From positions 8,482-72,481 of the forward strand of contig CAYVCL010000002.1 of the NCBI GenBank assembly GCA_964450185.1: DNA of 64,000 nt, given 5' to 3'. Within the stretch, counting starts at the first letter, position 1, and every line of letters starts with the position of its first letter. Made by a program: the position numbers and the translations under genes. Below, one piece after another: positions 9,232 to 18,292 of this stretch. This stretch comes from an uncultured Lachnospiraceae bacterium (GTDB lineage: Bacteria > Bacillota > Clostridia > Lachnospirales > Lachnospiraceae). The notes under the pieces are model-generated. The model was not told the origin of the DNA. It did no database searches and saw only the letters and a list, made by a program, of their open reading frames with translations.

Positions 9232-10062
9232 ATGGCAAAAACAGTCAATGTACAGACAAAAACAGTTACTTCAGTAACATCAGCAACTATTAACAACAAC
9301 ACGGCTAAACTTCCGGCAGACGGTATTCCTGCAAAAGCAAATCAGGTATTATGTCCTGCAGTATTTAGCATTAACGAGTGGCCTTCTCTCGATACTATTA
9401 TCAGAGAAAACCTCGAACAGTTCACATGCTGTGGACAGACTTTCTACATTGGATATGTCGCAACTGATATTCCAAATGGTCAGACAGCCGCCGAAGTCTA
9501 CAACACTTGCAACAAGGAGAAGAATAAATTCATCAACGAATATCTTAAGCCTTACCGTAAGGGCAGATGCGTTAGAGGATACGAAATTGATGGTACTCCT
9601 ATTCTTTGCTGGGAAAAGAGATGTAAGGGATGTACTGGATGCGACAAAAACGGTATTCCTTATGAACGTTTCAATCCACAGCACCCTTTCACAGAAGTTT
9701 CTTTTGAGGCTCATGTAGAAGAAACTGGAGTAGATTTTGCGGACAAGCCTACCGTTTTCTATGGGGATGAAGAAGAATCTCCCTACGCAAATGACGAAGA
9801 AAGACTTGTTGCTCTTCTCCATCATCTCGAAGAAAACTATCCTCGTCATTACAAAGCCTTTTTAATGATTAAGGAACAGAAATCTGCAGAAGAGATTTGC
9901 GAAGCTCTCGGTTTCGCTTCTGGCAGCAAACGTGTTTATTCCATTATGGATGAAACAATGCATATCTGTTACAAGTTCTTCGGGAGTGGTGTTTTATCTA
10001 CAAAAGCTATTCTTGACCACAAGAGACGTGCTAAAGAAGCTAAAAAGAATCTTCTCTTCTAA
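9232..10062 (+). CDS. Cys-rich hypothetical protein with a C-terminal sigma-70 region-4-like HTH
   Basis: 276 aa with RBS GAAAGAGAG upstream. It has a central Cys cluster (CWEKRCKGCTGCDKNG). The C-terminal segment YKAFLMIKEQKSAEEICEALGFASGSKRVYSIMDETMHICYKFF resembles sigma region 4 / LuxR-type HTH. The assignment is by eye only. Confidence 0.45.
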   Translation: MAKTVNVQTKTVTSVTSATINNNTAKLPADGIPAKANQVLCPAVFSINEWPSLDTIIRENLEQFTCCGQTFYIGYVATDIPNGQTAAEVYNTCNKEKNKFINEYLKPYRKGRCVRGYEIDGTPILCWEKRCKGCTGCDKNGIPYERFNPQHPFTEVSFEAHVEETGVDFADKPTVFYGDEEESPYANDEERLVALLHHLEENYPRHYKAFLMIKEQKSAEEICEALGFASGSKRVYSIMDETMHICYKFFGSGVLSTKAILDHKRRAKEAKKNLLF

Positions 10063-10090
10063 ATCAAAATAACCGTAGACCAATTTGCAG

Positions 10091-10124
10091 GTGCTGGTGG
10101 ATTACCATCAGCACTTGTTTTATT
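10091..10124 (+). terminator. Rho-independent terminator
   Basis: 10-bp stem GTGCTGGTGG (10091-10100) / CCATCAGCAC (10105-10114) with one G-U pair and loop ATTA, then TTGTTTTATT. Confidence 0.65.
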
Positions 10125-10320
10125 CTATCATGATCTCATCTTGTCTGGTAATTACTAATCTACCACCTTCGCATTCGACTCTTATCGGTGTTCCCGGCTC
10201 AAACCCGCAGTCCTCAAGCCAATCCCCCTTCAATATGATGGTAGCAGTGTCCTTGTACTTATAACCACTCTGTGCATATACTTTCATTTTGCGTTCTTTT
10301 TTTAAATTTCCCATATTCAA
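10120..10320 (-). CDS. SymE-like (AbrB/SpoVT-fold) toxin family protein
   Basis: 66 aa. The segment TATIILKGDWLEDCGFEPGTPIRVECEGGRLVITRQD matches the L.G.WL...GF..G..V.V....G.L.I signature of SymE-family proteins. Its ATG overlaps the upstream stop (ATGA). Confidence 0.55.
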   Translation of the reverse strand: MNMGNLKKERKMKVYAQSGYKYKDTATIILKGDWLEDCGFEPGTPIRVECEGGRLVITRQDEIMIE

Positions 10321-10613
10321 TTGCCTCTTTTCTTCTGGATATAATTTGGATTTGACAACACATAATCATCATGCGATTTGATATTAGATACGGCACTCTT
10401 AACAGTCCTTGTTTTCCAATGCTCGTGATACCAAGCATCAGTCTTTCCGTGCTTATGATAAAGAACCACAGGCTTATCTTGGTCATAAGTCTTTTTGAAA
10501 ATCATCCAACAATGACCTGTGTTTCTTGATTTGACTTCAATGAATTTCTCTTCCTCTCGGATGATGGTAAAGTACCCACCACCGAGCAGTTTCTTTTCTC
10601 TGTTAGTAAACAA
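10317..10613 (-). CDS. His-rich hypothetical protein (98 aa), translationally coupled to the SymE-like gene
   Basis: ORF with a 4-nt overlap to the downstream gene. His-rich core HCWMIFKK…LYHKHGKTDAWYHEHWKT. No family recognised. Confidence 0.5.
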   Translation of the reverse strand: MFTNREKKLLGGGYFTIIREEEKFIEVKSRNTGHCWMIFKKTYDQDKPVVLYHKHGKTDAWYHEHWKTRTVKSAVSNIKSHDDYVLSNPNYIQKKRGN

Positions 10614-10867
10614 TAGGCTAGTCCTCCTTTATTTTACTTTCTTCCTTCATGGATACTTGTGCCGGAAATGGCACGATTGACGCAGAATGACTCTGCTTTG
10701 AAATGTTTTAACGATATCGCACTTACTAACGATAACTACATTATATCGTTAAAGGGGTTTCAAATGCAAGTACTATTATTTGCCCTGTGTTGCGATATCA
10801 GGAGTTGGATAGGCATAATTCCACGCTGCAAATCTTGAAAAAGCCTTATTTCAAGGGATTTCTACAT

Positions 10868-13000
10868 TTATGCTTGTATCATTTTCGTTGTAGGGTTGTT
10901 ATCGGCACCACAGGATATCCAGGTTACTTCCGGCTGAATCAAGGAAAGCATTTCTTCCCCCATAGTATATTCTGAGCCATGATGAGCCGCTTTTAAAATT
11001 ATGGTTTTCTCCAATGCACCGGATTGCAGCAGTTCTTCCTCGCCTTTGCCTTCCACATCTCCTGTAAAAAGCATGGAAAAGTCTTGAAACTTAAGTCTGA
11101 ATACCATAGAATATTCATTTTTATCCGGATATATTCCCTGAGAAATTGGCTGTAACACCTGAAGTTCCAATGCCTGATGATTTAAACTTACCCCTCTTGA
11201 TAAATACACTATTTCAATATTCTGCTCTTTTATTTTTTCTTCCATTTCTAAATAGGTTTCTTCTTTCCCATCTATATCCGGCAAATACACCCTTTGAATC
11301 CTTATCTCTCCCTGTCCGTGACTTTCCAGCAATTCTTTGATACCGGAAATGTGGTCTGCATCCATATGACTGATAAATATTCCCTGTATGTCAAAAATCC
11401 CTTCTGCTTTCAGAAACGGTAATAACCGATATTTTCCTACCTGTTTTACATCACTGCTTCCTCCATCCACCAAATAAACACCAGCATTCCTTTCTTCTAT
11501 TACAATGCCATCTCCCTGTCCCACATCCAACATGGTTATCTTTAACGGCTCCTGAGGCTGATATTTTAACAATAAGCAGGATAGAAACATCACACCCAAT
11601 CCACATAGATTCACCTTATCTTCCCATCCATATTCCCCATATAAATGAGATTCCTCTTCCAATATCTTGTCTTTTCTTTCATTCATCTTAGAGAGTATCC
11701 ATATAGTAATGACTAACACGAAATAGTAACCGCAAATACCAATTAGTGTAGGCTGTCCCCAGCGCATATTGGCAAAAGGAAGATGCAATGTAATATCTGC
11801 CATTGTTTCATAGGCTTTCAGTAAAAAAATGGCTCCTGAGCCCCAAAACCTGCCAAATTCTACGCCAACAAAGGAACCAGCCACGCCCAATAATCCGGAA
11901 CAAAGCACAAGGCTCATACAGGGAACCAGAATCAAATTCAACAGTAAACTGTATATAGGTATTTCATAATAATAATACAGGATTATGGGCAATGTAGTTA
12001 ACTGGATTCCCAGATTTGTAACCAGTGCCTGTATAAACTTGTTATTTCGCCCAAATGCCCGCACCAGTTTTGGTGCTACCACACCTATGCCAAGAACCGC
12101 TCCAAAGGATAGCTGAAATCCTGCCTGATATAGCTGATAGGGCGCTTCTAACAAAACAAACACCGCCGCATAGGAAAGAGCCGTTAGCAAATCATAGCTT
12201 CTCCCCAGATACCATGCCCCCATCATAAAAACTGCCATAATAATCGCTCTTTGTGCCGATACACTTTCCCCACTTAAAATTCCATAAAGCACTAAAAATA
12301 TTGCCGTTATCATCCCACTTGCTCCAAATCCGGCTCCTAGCTTTCGCAGAAAATGATACAAACCAAGCCCAATACAACTGATATGGAGTCCGGAAATAGA
12401 AATCAAATGGAGTATGCCTGCCTTCTGATATAAGTTCTTAGTTTCTTCCTCCAATCCGCTCTTTATCCCTAAAAGAATTGCCGCTAAAAGTTCTGCCGTG
12501 TCCTCCGGAAATATTTCCTGCAGCCTATAGTACAATTTCATCCTGATTTGATATATCCCCTCTCTCCAACTTACTTTTCCTGCTTCCATAATCTGAATTT
12601 CTTCTCCATTGCAGGTATATTGAATATTTTTTGCCTTGTAATACAAAGCCTGATTGAACATTCCTTTATTTCTGCTTACCTGTAATCTTTTAATTTTTCC
12701 ATAAACTCTGATTTTGTCGCCGATTTGACAAGATGTTTCCTTTGATATGTATACCTGAATCCGGTATTGTTCCTGTGGTGCATCCTCCGGATAAGCACCT
12801 TTTAGTGTAATCGCAATTCCCTCTGTTTTAGGTTCTTTCTTTTCCACTTTCCCGAAAAGCCATAGCTTCTCTCCATTCTCCAGTGATAGCTCCTTTTCAT
12901 TCAGAATCGCTCCTGTCTTCACCTTATTCCCGGTAAAGATAAGAATTACTATTATGAGAAAAAGCACCACCATACCTATTGGTCGTTTCTCCAAATGCAT
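10868..13000 (-). CDS. comEC: DNA internalisation competence protein ComEC/Rec2 (C-terminus apparently truncated)
   Basis: 710 aa with an N-terminal OB-like region, a polytopic competence domain and a C-terminal metallo-beta-lactamase domain (VGQGDG, SHMDADHISG, AAHHGS). It ends …WISCGADNNPTTKMIQA, with no NxYGHP block. ATG at 13000 with AAGGAGA. Confidence 0.9.
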   Translation of the reverse strand: MHLEKRPIGMVVLFLIIVILIFTGNKVKTGAILNEKELSLENGEKLWLFGKVEKKEPKTEGIAITLKGAYPEDAPQEQYRIQVYISKETSCQIGDKIRVYGKIKRLQVSRNKGMFNQALYYKAKNIQYTCNGEEIQIMEAGKVSWREGIYQIRMKLYYRLQEIFPEDTAELLAAILLGIKSGLEEETKNLYQKAGILHLISISGLHISCIGLGLYHFLRKLGAGFGASGMITAIFLVLYGILSGESVSAQRAIIMAVFMMGAWYLGRSYDLLTALSYAAVFVLLEAPYQLYQAGFQLSFGAVLGIGVVAPKLVRAFGRNNKFIQALVTNLGIQLTTLPIILYYYYEIPIYSLLLNLILVPCMSLVLCSGLLGVAGSFVGVEFGRFWGSGAIFLLKAYETMADITLHLPFANMRWGQPTLIGICGYYFVLVITIWILSKMNERKDKILEEESHLYGEYGWEDKVNLCGLGVMFLSCLLLKYQPQEPLKITMLDVGQGDGIVIEERNAGVYLVDGGSSDVKQVGKYRLLPFLKAEGIFDIQGIFISHMDADHISGIKELLESHGQGEIRIQRVYLPDIDGKEETYLEMEEKIKEQNIEIVYLSRGVSLNHQALELQVLQPISQGIYPDKNEYSMVFRLKFQDFSMLFTGDVEGKGEEELLQSGALEKTIILKAAHHGSEYTMGEEMLSLIQPEVTWISCGADNNPTTKMIQA

Positions 13001-13050
13001 TCTCCTTTCTTTTGAACAATCCCCTGACAGTGTCTGTCAGGGGATTGGCA

Positions 13051-13992
13051 TTATTGTTGAATATAATCAAGATTTCGCTCGAACATTGTGTTCAAATTAA
13101 TCTGTTCTTTAAATGTTCTATTTGAAACACCATTAATGGAAATCTGTACTTTTGTAATTGTTGGCAATTCTGTTAATGAGTTTACCAGAGAATAAATCAC
13201 TACGTCTTCATCTACACCCATAGACTGATTTAAAAACTTCTCATCAAAATTCACATAACACACGCCATCTTTTACATACAAATTCAAAAGTTTTGTATTT
13301 TCCGGTAATGATGCTTTTGCAAGATTACCACTTTCTTCTGCATCGATTCCCTTTAACAACTGTTCCACAATCAATTTTTCCATGGAAATATTGGTATTAT
13401 ACAACAGCTTTCTCTTTACCATAACCAGTCCGTCACCCTTAGCATTGCTAAAGTACAGCTTTAATTCCGTTTCCTGATAAGAGTTAATTTCTGAACCCAT
13501 ATTTTCCATAAACGTATCACTGGTCATAAGTCCGATGGTATGTCCCGTACCATCTACCAACGACTGATTATTCACAAAAAATTCCACTGCCGTAATTCCC
13601 TCTATCTGGGTTAAAGTTCTTACAATCGCTGCTCTGCAAAGTACCTCTGTAATAGAATCCATATCGTAATATGATTCCCCAAAATACAGTGTTAACTGTT
13701 CCTCGTCCAGTGCATAATTTAACATTTCCACGCTTTCCGGAACTGCACATGCATGTGCAAGACCCGCTGGTTGTTTTAATTTACCAAACAACTCATCCAC
13801 AAGTTTTTCTGTGGCAGTTTCTGTTGCCATATATGCCTCCACATCCAAAGTAGACGTTTCATTGCTGATATAGAATATTTGAAATGTTCCCTCCGGGAGT
13901 TCTGTTACCATTCCCTCATCATTTGTTTGAGAACAAGCTGTCAGCAGGCATAGCAGGGCAAACATAGCCAAAATTTTTATTTTCTTTTTCAT
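13051..13992 (-). CDS. GerMN-domain lipoprotein
   Basis: Lipoprotein signal MKKKIKILAMFALLCLLTAC (ATG 13992 preferred over TTG 14013). Two GerM-like repeats (…FQIFYISNETSTLDVE…, …LKLYFSNAKGDGLVMVKRKL…). Confidence 0.7.
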   Translation of the reverse strand: MKKKIKILAMFALLCLLTACSQTNDEGMVTELPEGTFQIFYISNETSTLDVEAYMATETATEKLVDELFGKLKQPAGLAHACAVPESVEMLNYALDEEQLTLYFGESYYDMDSITEVLCRAAIVRTLTQIEGITAVEFFVNNQSLVDGTGHTIGLMTSDTFMENMGSEINSYQETELKLYFSNAKGDGLVMVKRKLLYNTNISMEKLIVEQLLKGIDAEESGNLAKASLPENTKLLNLYVKDGVCYVNFDEKFLNQSMGVDEDVVIYSLVNSLTELPTITKVQISINGVSNRTFKEQINLNTMFERNLDYIQQ

Positions 13993-14005
13993 TTCTGCAC
14001 TACCT

Positions 14006-15442
14006 TTACTCAATATAACTCAATGGTATTCTTACCGTGAATTTTGTACCCTCACCAACTTTACTGGAAACTTTTACCGTTCCATGGTGCATTAAAATTG
14101 CATTCTTTGTTATGGCAAGTCCCAGTCCGGTACCACCGATTTCTCTGGAGTGAGATTTATCCACTCGGTAAAAACGTTCAAAAATATCATTGATAGAATC
14201 CTCCGGAATACCAATACCAGAGTCTTCCACCACAATATACATATCTTTGTGGTCCGCATTCAACGATACATGAACCCATCCATTCTCAATATTATATTTA
14301 ATCGCATTTTCCACAAGATTGGAAACCGCAAGTGTAAACTTAACCTCATCGATTTCTGCTGTTACCTCACGGAAACTTTCGAATACCAGTTCAATATTTC
14401 TTTTCTTGGCAATAGGACGCAGACGTTTCATAATTACTTCAATCAAGTCATTTACTGACTTGGATTCTATATCTGGTTTTGCCTCCGTTTTATCCATTTT
14501 TACCAAAGAAAGTAAATCATTGATAATCTTATTTTCTCTATCAATCTCTTCAGACATATCGGTCATAAATTCTTTGTAAAGTTCTGCCGGTGCATCTCCC
14601 ATCGCCATAAGAGAATCCGCCAACACTTTCATAGAAGTCAATGGAGTTTTTAATTCATGGCTCACATTGGAAACAAATTCCTGTCTTGCCTTATCCACAC
14701 TTTTCATTTTAGACAACAGACTTGCAAAGGATTCTGCAATCAAATGTGTTTCCGTAAATTCTGTCATGGTCTTTGAAACAGCCTCTACCTCCACTTCTTC
14801 TCCCCATTCTGCAATGGAATCTGTCATCTTCAGGAATGGATTTACAATGGATTTTGAGAACATTACAGCAATCAGAATTACAATAATTACCATTACCAGC
14901 ACAAGCAAATCTAATTTGGTTGTTAGATTTTCCAGAGTTGTATTAATAGAATCGATAGATACGCTAACCAGCATAACTCCTACGATTGACTGCCCGTTGC
15001 TTGCCATACTGTTAATCACGGGAACCGTCAACTCTATGTAACGCTCATTCTTATCATAACGCACTGTATTTTCTCCCCGAAAACACTTAATTGCTTCCGA
15101 AGAAAGTATTGTTTTCCCTTCATCCAGAGAATACGTATCTTTCACAATTCTAAGAGCACTATCCACAATAATAATACGTCCATCATAAATATTGGATAAC
15201 TGTGCCAGCTCAGCATTTACCTTCTCTGAAGAAGTATCGTACATGTAATTATAATTAATCAACTGGTTCGAAATACTATTACACTGTGCCTGTATTTCAA
15301 TACTTCGTTTAGAAATTGCCTCTTCTTCATAAAAGTGTAACACCCCATATTTTAAGCACAAGGGAGGGATAATTCCCACAATCAAAATCACAAAAAATAT
15401 TCTAAGGCGCAGACTATGAAGTAATTCATCTAATGCTTTCAT
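14006..15442 (-). CDS. Sensor histidine kinase
   Basis: 478 aa with two TM segments flanking an extracytoplasmic domain, H-box SHELKTPLTS, N box VENAIKY, and G boxes DSGIGI / GGTGLGLAI. Confidence 0.9.
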   Translation of the reverse strand: MKALDELLHSLRLRIFFVILIVGIIPPLCLKYGVLHFYEEEAISKRSIEIQAQCNSISNQLINYNYMYDTSSEKVNAELAQLSNIYDGRIIIVDSALRIVKDTYSLDEGKTILSSEAIKCFRGENTVRYDKNERYIELTVPVINSMASNGQSIVGVMLVSVSIDSINTTLENLTTKLDLLVLVMVIIVILIAVMFSKSIVNPFLKMTDSIAEWGEEVEVEAVSKTMTEFTETHLIAESFASLLSKMKSVDKARQEFVSNVSHELKTPLTSMKVLADSLMAMGDAPAELYKEFMTDMSEEIDRENKIINDLLSLVKMDKTEAKPDIESKSVNDLIEVIMKRLRPIAKKRNIELVFESFREVTAEIDEVKFTLAVSNLVENAIKYNIENGWVHVSLNADHKDMYIVVEDSGIGIPEDSINDIFERFYRVDKSHSREIGGTGLGLAITKNAILMHHGTVKVSSKVGEGTKFTVRIPLSYIE

Positions 15443-15476
15443 ATCTTATCCACTCCTTCCAAATACCGTTACTTCA

Positions 15477-16166
15477 CTATACTTGGAAGTAGTATCCAAC
15501 ACCCCATTTTGTATGCACATATTTTGGTTCGCTTGGATTCTTTTCAATTTTCTCACGAAGTCTTCGAATATGCACATCCACGGTTCTTACATCACCCGGA
15601 TAATCTTCGCCCCAAATTAAGTTCAACAGTTTTTCTCTGCTGTATACTTTATTCGGATTCATTACAAGAAGTTCTAATACGTCGAATTCCTTCGCTGTTA
15701 AGTTAATCTCTTCTTCCGCAATGTATAATCTTCTTCCGTCGCAGTCTAACTTCATATCGCCTGCTTCCATAACATCCTGTTTCTGTTCGGAATCTTCCTT
15801 TGCAGTTCCACGACGTAAAATTGCTTTAATTCTAGCCTTTACTTCCAAAATGTTAAATGGCTTTGTAATATAGTCATCTGCACCATATTCCAGACCTAAA
15901 ATCTTATCCATGTCATCACCTTTTGCTGTCAACATAACAATCGGTACATTGGAAAATTCTCTTACCTGCTGGCACACTTCAAAACCAGTAAATTTAGGAA
16001 GCATAACATCTAACAGGATAATATCATATTCATTTGCCTTTGCATATTCAATGGCTTCTTCACCATCATACGCACAATCCACTTCCATGCCATCCTGTTC
16101 TAAACTGAAACGAATCCCCTTAACGATTAATTTTTCATCATCGACTACTAAAACTTTCTTTCCCAT
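15477..16166 (-). CDS. OmpR/PhoB-family response regulator
   Basis: Receiver domain (VLVVDDE … ILLDVMLP … TAKG) plus a winged-helix C-terminus (RTVDVHIRRLREKIE). ATG 16166 (AGGTG upstream) preferred over GTG 16175. Confidence 0.9.
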   Translation of the reverse strand: MGKKVLVVDDEKLIVKGIRFSLEQDGMEVDCAYDGEEAIEYAKANEYDIILLDVMLPKFTGFEVCQQVREFSNVPIVMLTAKGDDMDKILGLEYGADDYITKPFNILEVKARIKAILRRGTAKEDSEQKQDVMEAGDMKLDCDGRRLYIAEEEINLTAKEFDVLELLVMNPNKVYSREKLLNLIWGEDYPGDVRTVDVHIRRLREKIEKNPSEPKYVHTKWGVGYYFQV

Positions 16167-16171
16167 TTTCT

Positions 16172-16783
16172 TCACCTGATCCTCACTAGTTCTTTTATTT
16201 TTTCGTATACACCATTTTTTATTCCTGTAATGTTGGTCAATTCTTCAATAGTTTGAAACCCTCCATGTTCTTCTCTATATTGAATAATTGCCTGCGCTTT
16301 GGATTCTCCAATACCCGGTAAGGTCATTAATTCTTCTAAACCGGCAGTGTTAATATTGACACCACTCTGCCCGCTGTCTTTGCTTTCCAAATCCAAATCG
16401 CCTGATTCCACCTCTGATTGAAATGGTACATACAACTGCTCCCCATCCATAACGGTTGCTGCCTGATTCACATAATTCCCGGCACCTTCCGGCAAAATTC
16501 CTCCTGCCATCTCAATTAATTGATATACTCTGGCATTTTCTTCTGCCTGATACACCCCCGGATTCACCACTGCTCCACAAACATATACATATATATTATT
16601 TGAATCAACTTTTGTTGGTTCCGGTTGGTTGCTTAGCTCCGGTTCTTCTGTTGTTTCTGCCAAACTGCCGTCGGAAACACTCAGATTTTGTATGTCTTTG
16701 TCATTCTCTGTTATGCTATAAAAAATTCCACACAGAATAAGGAAAACTAAAATACATATATACTTCACTTTTTTATTTTTCAT
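16172..16783 (-). CDS. comEA: Competence protein ComEA (SLBB + helix-hairpin-helix DNA receptor)
   Basis: 203 aa with an N-terminal TM anchor and a C-terminal HhH pair: VNINTAGLEELMTLPGIGESKAQAIIQYREEHGGFQTIEEL. Confidence 0.85.
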   Translation of the reverse strand: MKNKKVKYICILVFLILCGIFYSITENDKDIQNLSVSDGSLAETTEEPELSNQPEPTKVDSNNIYVYVCGAVVNPGVYQAEENARVYQLIEMAGGILPEGAGNYVNQAATVMDGEQLYVPFQSEVESGDLDLESKDSGQSGVNINTAGLEELMTLPGIGESKAQAIIQYREEHGGFQTIEELTNITGIKNGVYEKIKELVRIR

Positions 16784-16905
16784 GATATCCTCCTTTTGAG
16801 GATACCCTATTGCATATGGATATCTTTATTTTATCTAAAATTTCACAATTTTACAACAAAAAAATTAAAAAATATGGGAAGTTTTTTCATATTTTTTTCC
16901 GAATT

Positions 16906-16941
16906 AAAAAACAAAGCGGATGTTTTTTAACAACCGCTTTG
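16906..16941 (-). terminator. Rho-independent terminator after the solute-binding protein gene
   Basis: Stem CAAAGCGG (16912-16919) / CCGCTTTG (16934-16941). On the minus strand it is followed by T6 (A-run 16906-16911). Confidence 0.75.
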
Positions 16942-16948
16942 AGATTCT

Positions 16949-18277
16949 TTAATGATTTAATTGTTCTTTTACCTGGTCGGAAACCGCCTGTATCTGTTCC
17001 TGCACATCTTCGCCGGTCCAGATGTTAAAGAATGCAATTTCCAAATTCACCCAGAAATTACTTGCATTAAGCAGCTTTGGAAGGGATACAGAGTTTTCAT
17101 ACTGGGCATAAATTTCATCCCTGTATACATTATCCGGTGTGGTTACCTCCCTTTTTGCAGCGTATTTTCCAGTTGTTTCATACAATTTATCTGCATATCC
17201 AAAGGACAGATAATCTGCAAATTCGTCTGCCTCTTTTTCATTTCTTGTATATCCGTTTACAACCGCTGCTGTGGTGACAGACAACGCCTTAGTTGTCAGC
17301 TCATCGGAAACATTCGGAAGTTCTGCAATTCCATAACTAATCTGTGTTCCATTTTCTTCCTGAAGTTTCGTAAGCTTTTGAACTGCATCTGTTTTTCCGA
17401 TGGCATATACGGTCTTTCCGTTTGCAAACTCGGACAATACCGTTTCATAGTTTATGGTTTTAATATCAATGGCAAAAAACTGTGCCAGTTCCTGAAACGA
17501 TGTCAGACACTGTACTACATTCTCATTTGCCACATCTACAACACCTGCATTATCTCCATCCTGACCGCCTAATTTCAGATAATCACCCACAAAGAAGTAG
17601 GTATAGAAAATATCAGATACATCAAAGCGGAATATATTTTCCACGCCCTCAGCACCTTCGAAATTTTCCGAGAAATCCTTTAATTCTTCTATTGTCTTTG
17701 GTATTACGGATACCGTCTGGGTTTCTGCCTGCTCTGGAATTTCTTCTCCGTTATCTTCTGCCTCTATTGTCTGTTCTACCTGTATATAATCTTTATTATA
17801 CAGCAAAAAGCTTGTTTCAAAGCTAATCGGGTATGCAATCTGATTTCCGTTATATCTCACTGCATGCAGTGCCGTATTTCCATAATAATCACTGTTATAA
17901 TGATTGTGATGTGTTCCTACTACACTGGTAAGTCCTGCCAATTCCACCATTTCTAACTGGTCATTGGTAACCAAATACACATCCGGTCCCTCAAATTCTT
18001 CCCCAACACTGCTGTTATGAATCATTTCAATGTAATCAATTTCCGCAATCTGCTTGGTTTTTACTTTTACATGTTTTTTTTCTTCGTAGCTTTTTGCCGC
18101 CTCTTCAATATATGCCTGCAAGCTTTCATCCGCATACCATACATTCAGGGTTACTTCTTGCCCCGCCTGTGGTGTTGCATTCTCACTTTCGTTCATGGAG
18201 TCTTCCATCCCATACCATACCATAAATGCAAGCAATACAAGTACAACAACCATGGAAATTCTTTTCTTTATTCTCAT
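16949..18277 (-). CDS. Extracellular solute-binding protein (ABC family-1 / sugar-type), membrane-anchored, no adjacent permease
   Basis: 442 aa with an N-terminal hydrophobic anchor MVVVLVLLAFMVWY. Overall maltose/oligosaccharide-binding-protein-like composition. The family call is by eye. Confidence 0.6.
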   Translation of the reverse strand: MRIKKRISMVVVLVLLAFMVWYGMEDSMNESENATPQAGQEVTLNVWYADESLQAYIEEAAKSYEEKKHVKVKTKQIAEIDYIEMIHNSSVGEEFEGPDVYLVTNDQLEMVELAGLTSVVGTHHNHYNSDYYGNTALHAVRYNGNQIAYPISFETSFLLYNKDYIQVEQTIEAEDNGEEIPEQAETQTVSVIPKTIEELKDFSENFEGAEGVENIFRFDVSDIFYTYFFVGDYLKLGGQDGDNAGVVDVANENVVQCLTSFQELAQFFAIDIKTINYETVLSEFANGKTVYAIGKTDAVQKLTKLQEENGTQISYGIAELPNVSDELTTKALSVTTAAVVNGYTRNEKEADEFADYLSFGYADKLYETTGKYAAKREVTTPDNVYRDEIYAQYENSVSLPKLLNASNFWVNLEIAFFNIWTGEDVQEQIQAVSDQVKEQLNH

Positions 18278-18292
18278 GCTGTTTTCTCCATT

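Noticed and set aside
10776-10832. An out-of-frame minus-strand stretch FAAWNYAYPTPDIATQGK just beyond the comEC stop. It vaguely resembles the missing N-x-Y-G-H-P-x-P-E-V block of ComEC.
   Set aside because: It is in a different frame with no plausible frameshift path. Similarity is limited to 4-5 residues, and it is followed by a stop instead of the expected 40 or more further residues. It is likely chance.
10787-10975. A 62-aa plus-strand ORF spanning the comEC stop region.
   Set aside because: It is antisense to the comEC 3' end, has no SD and shows no recognisable motif.
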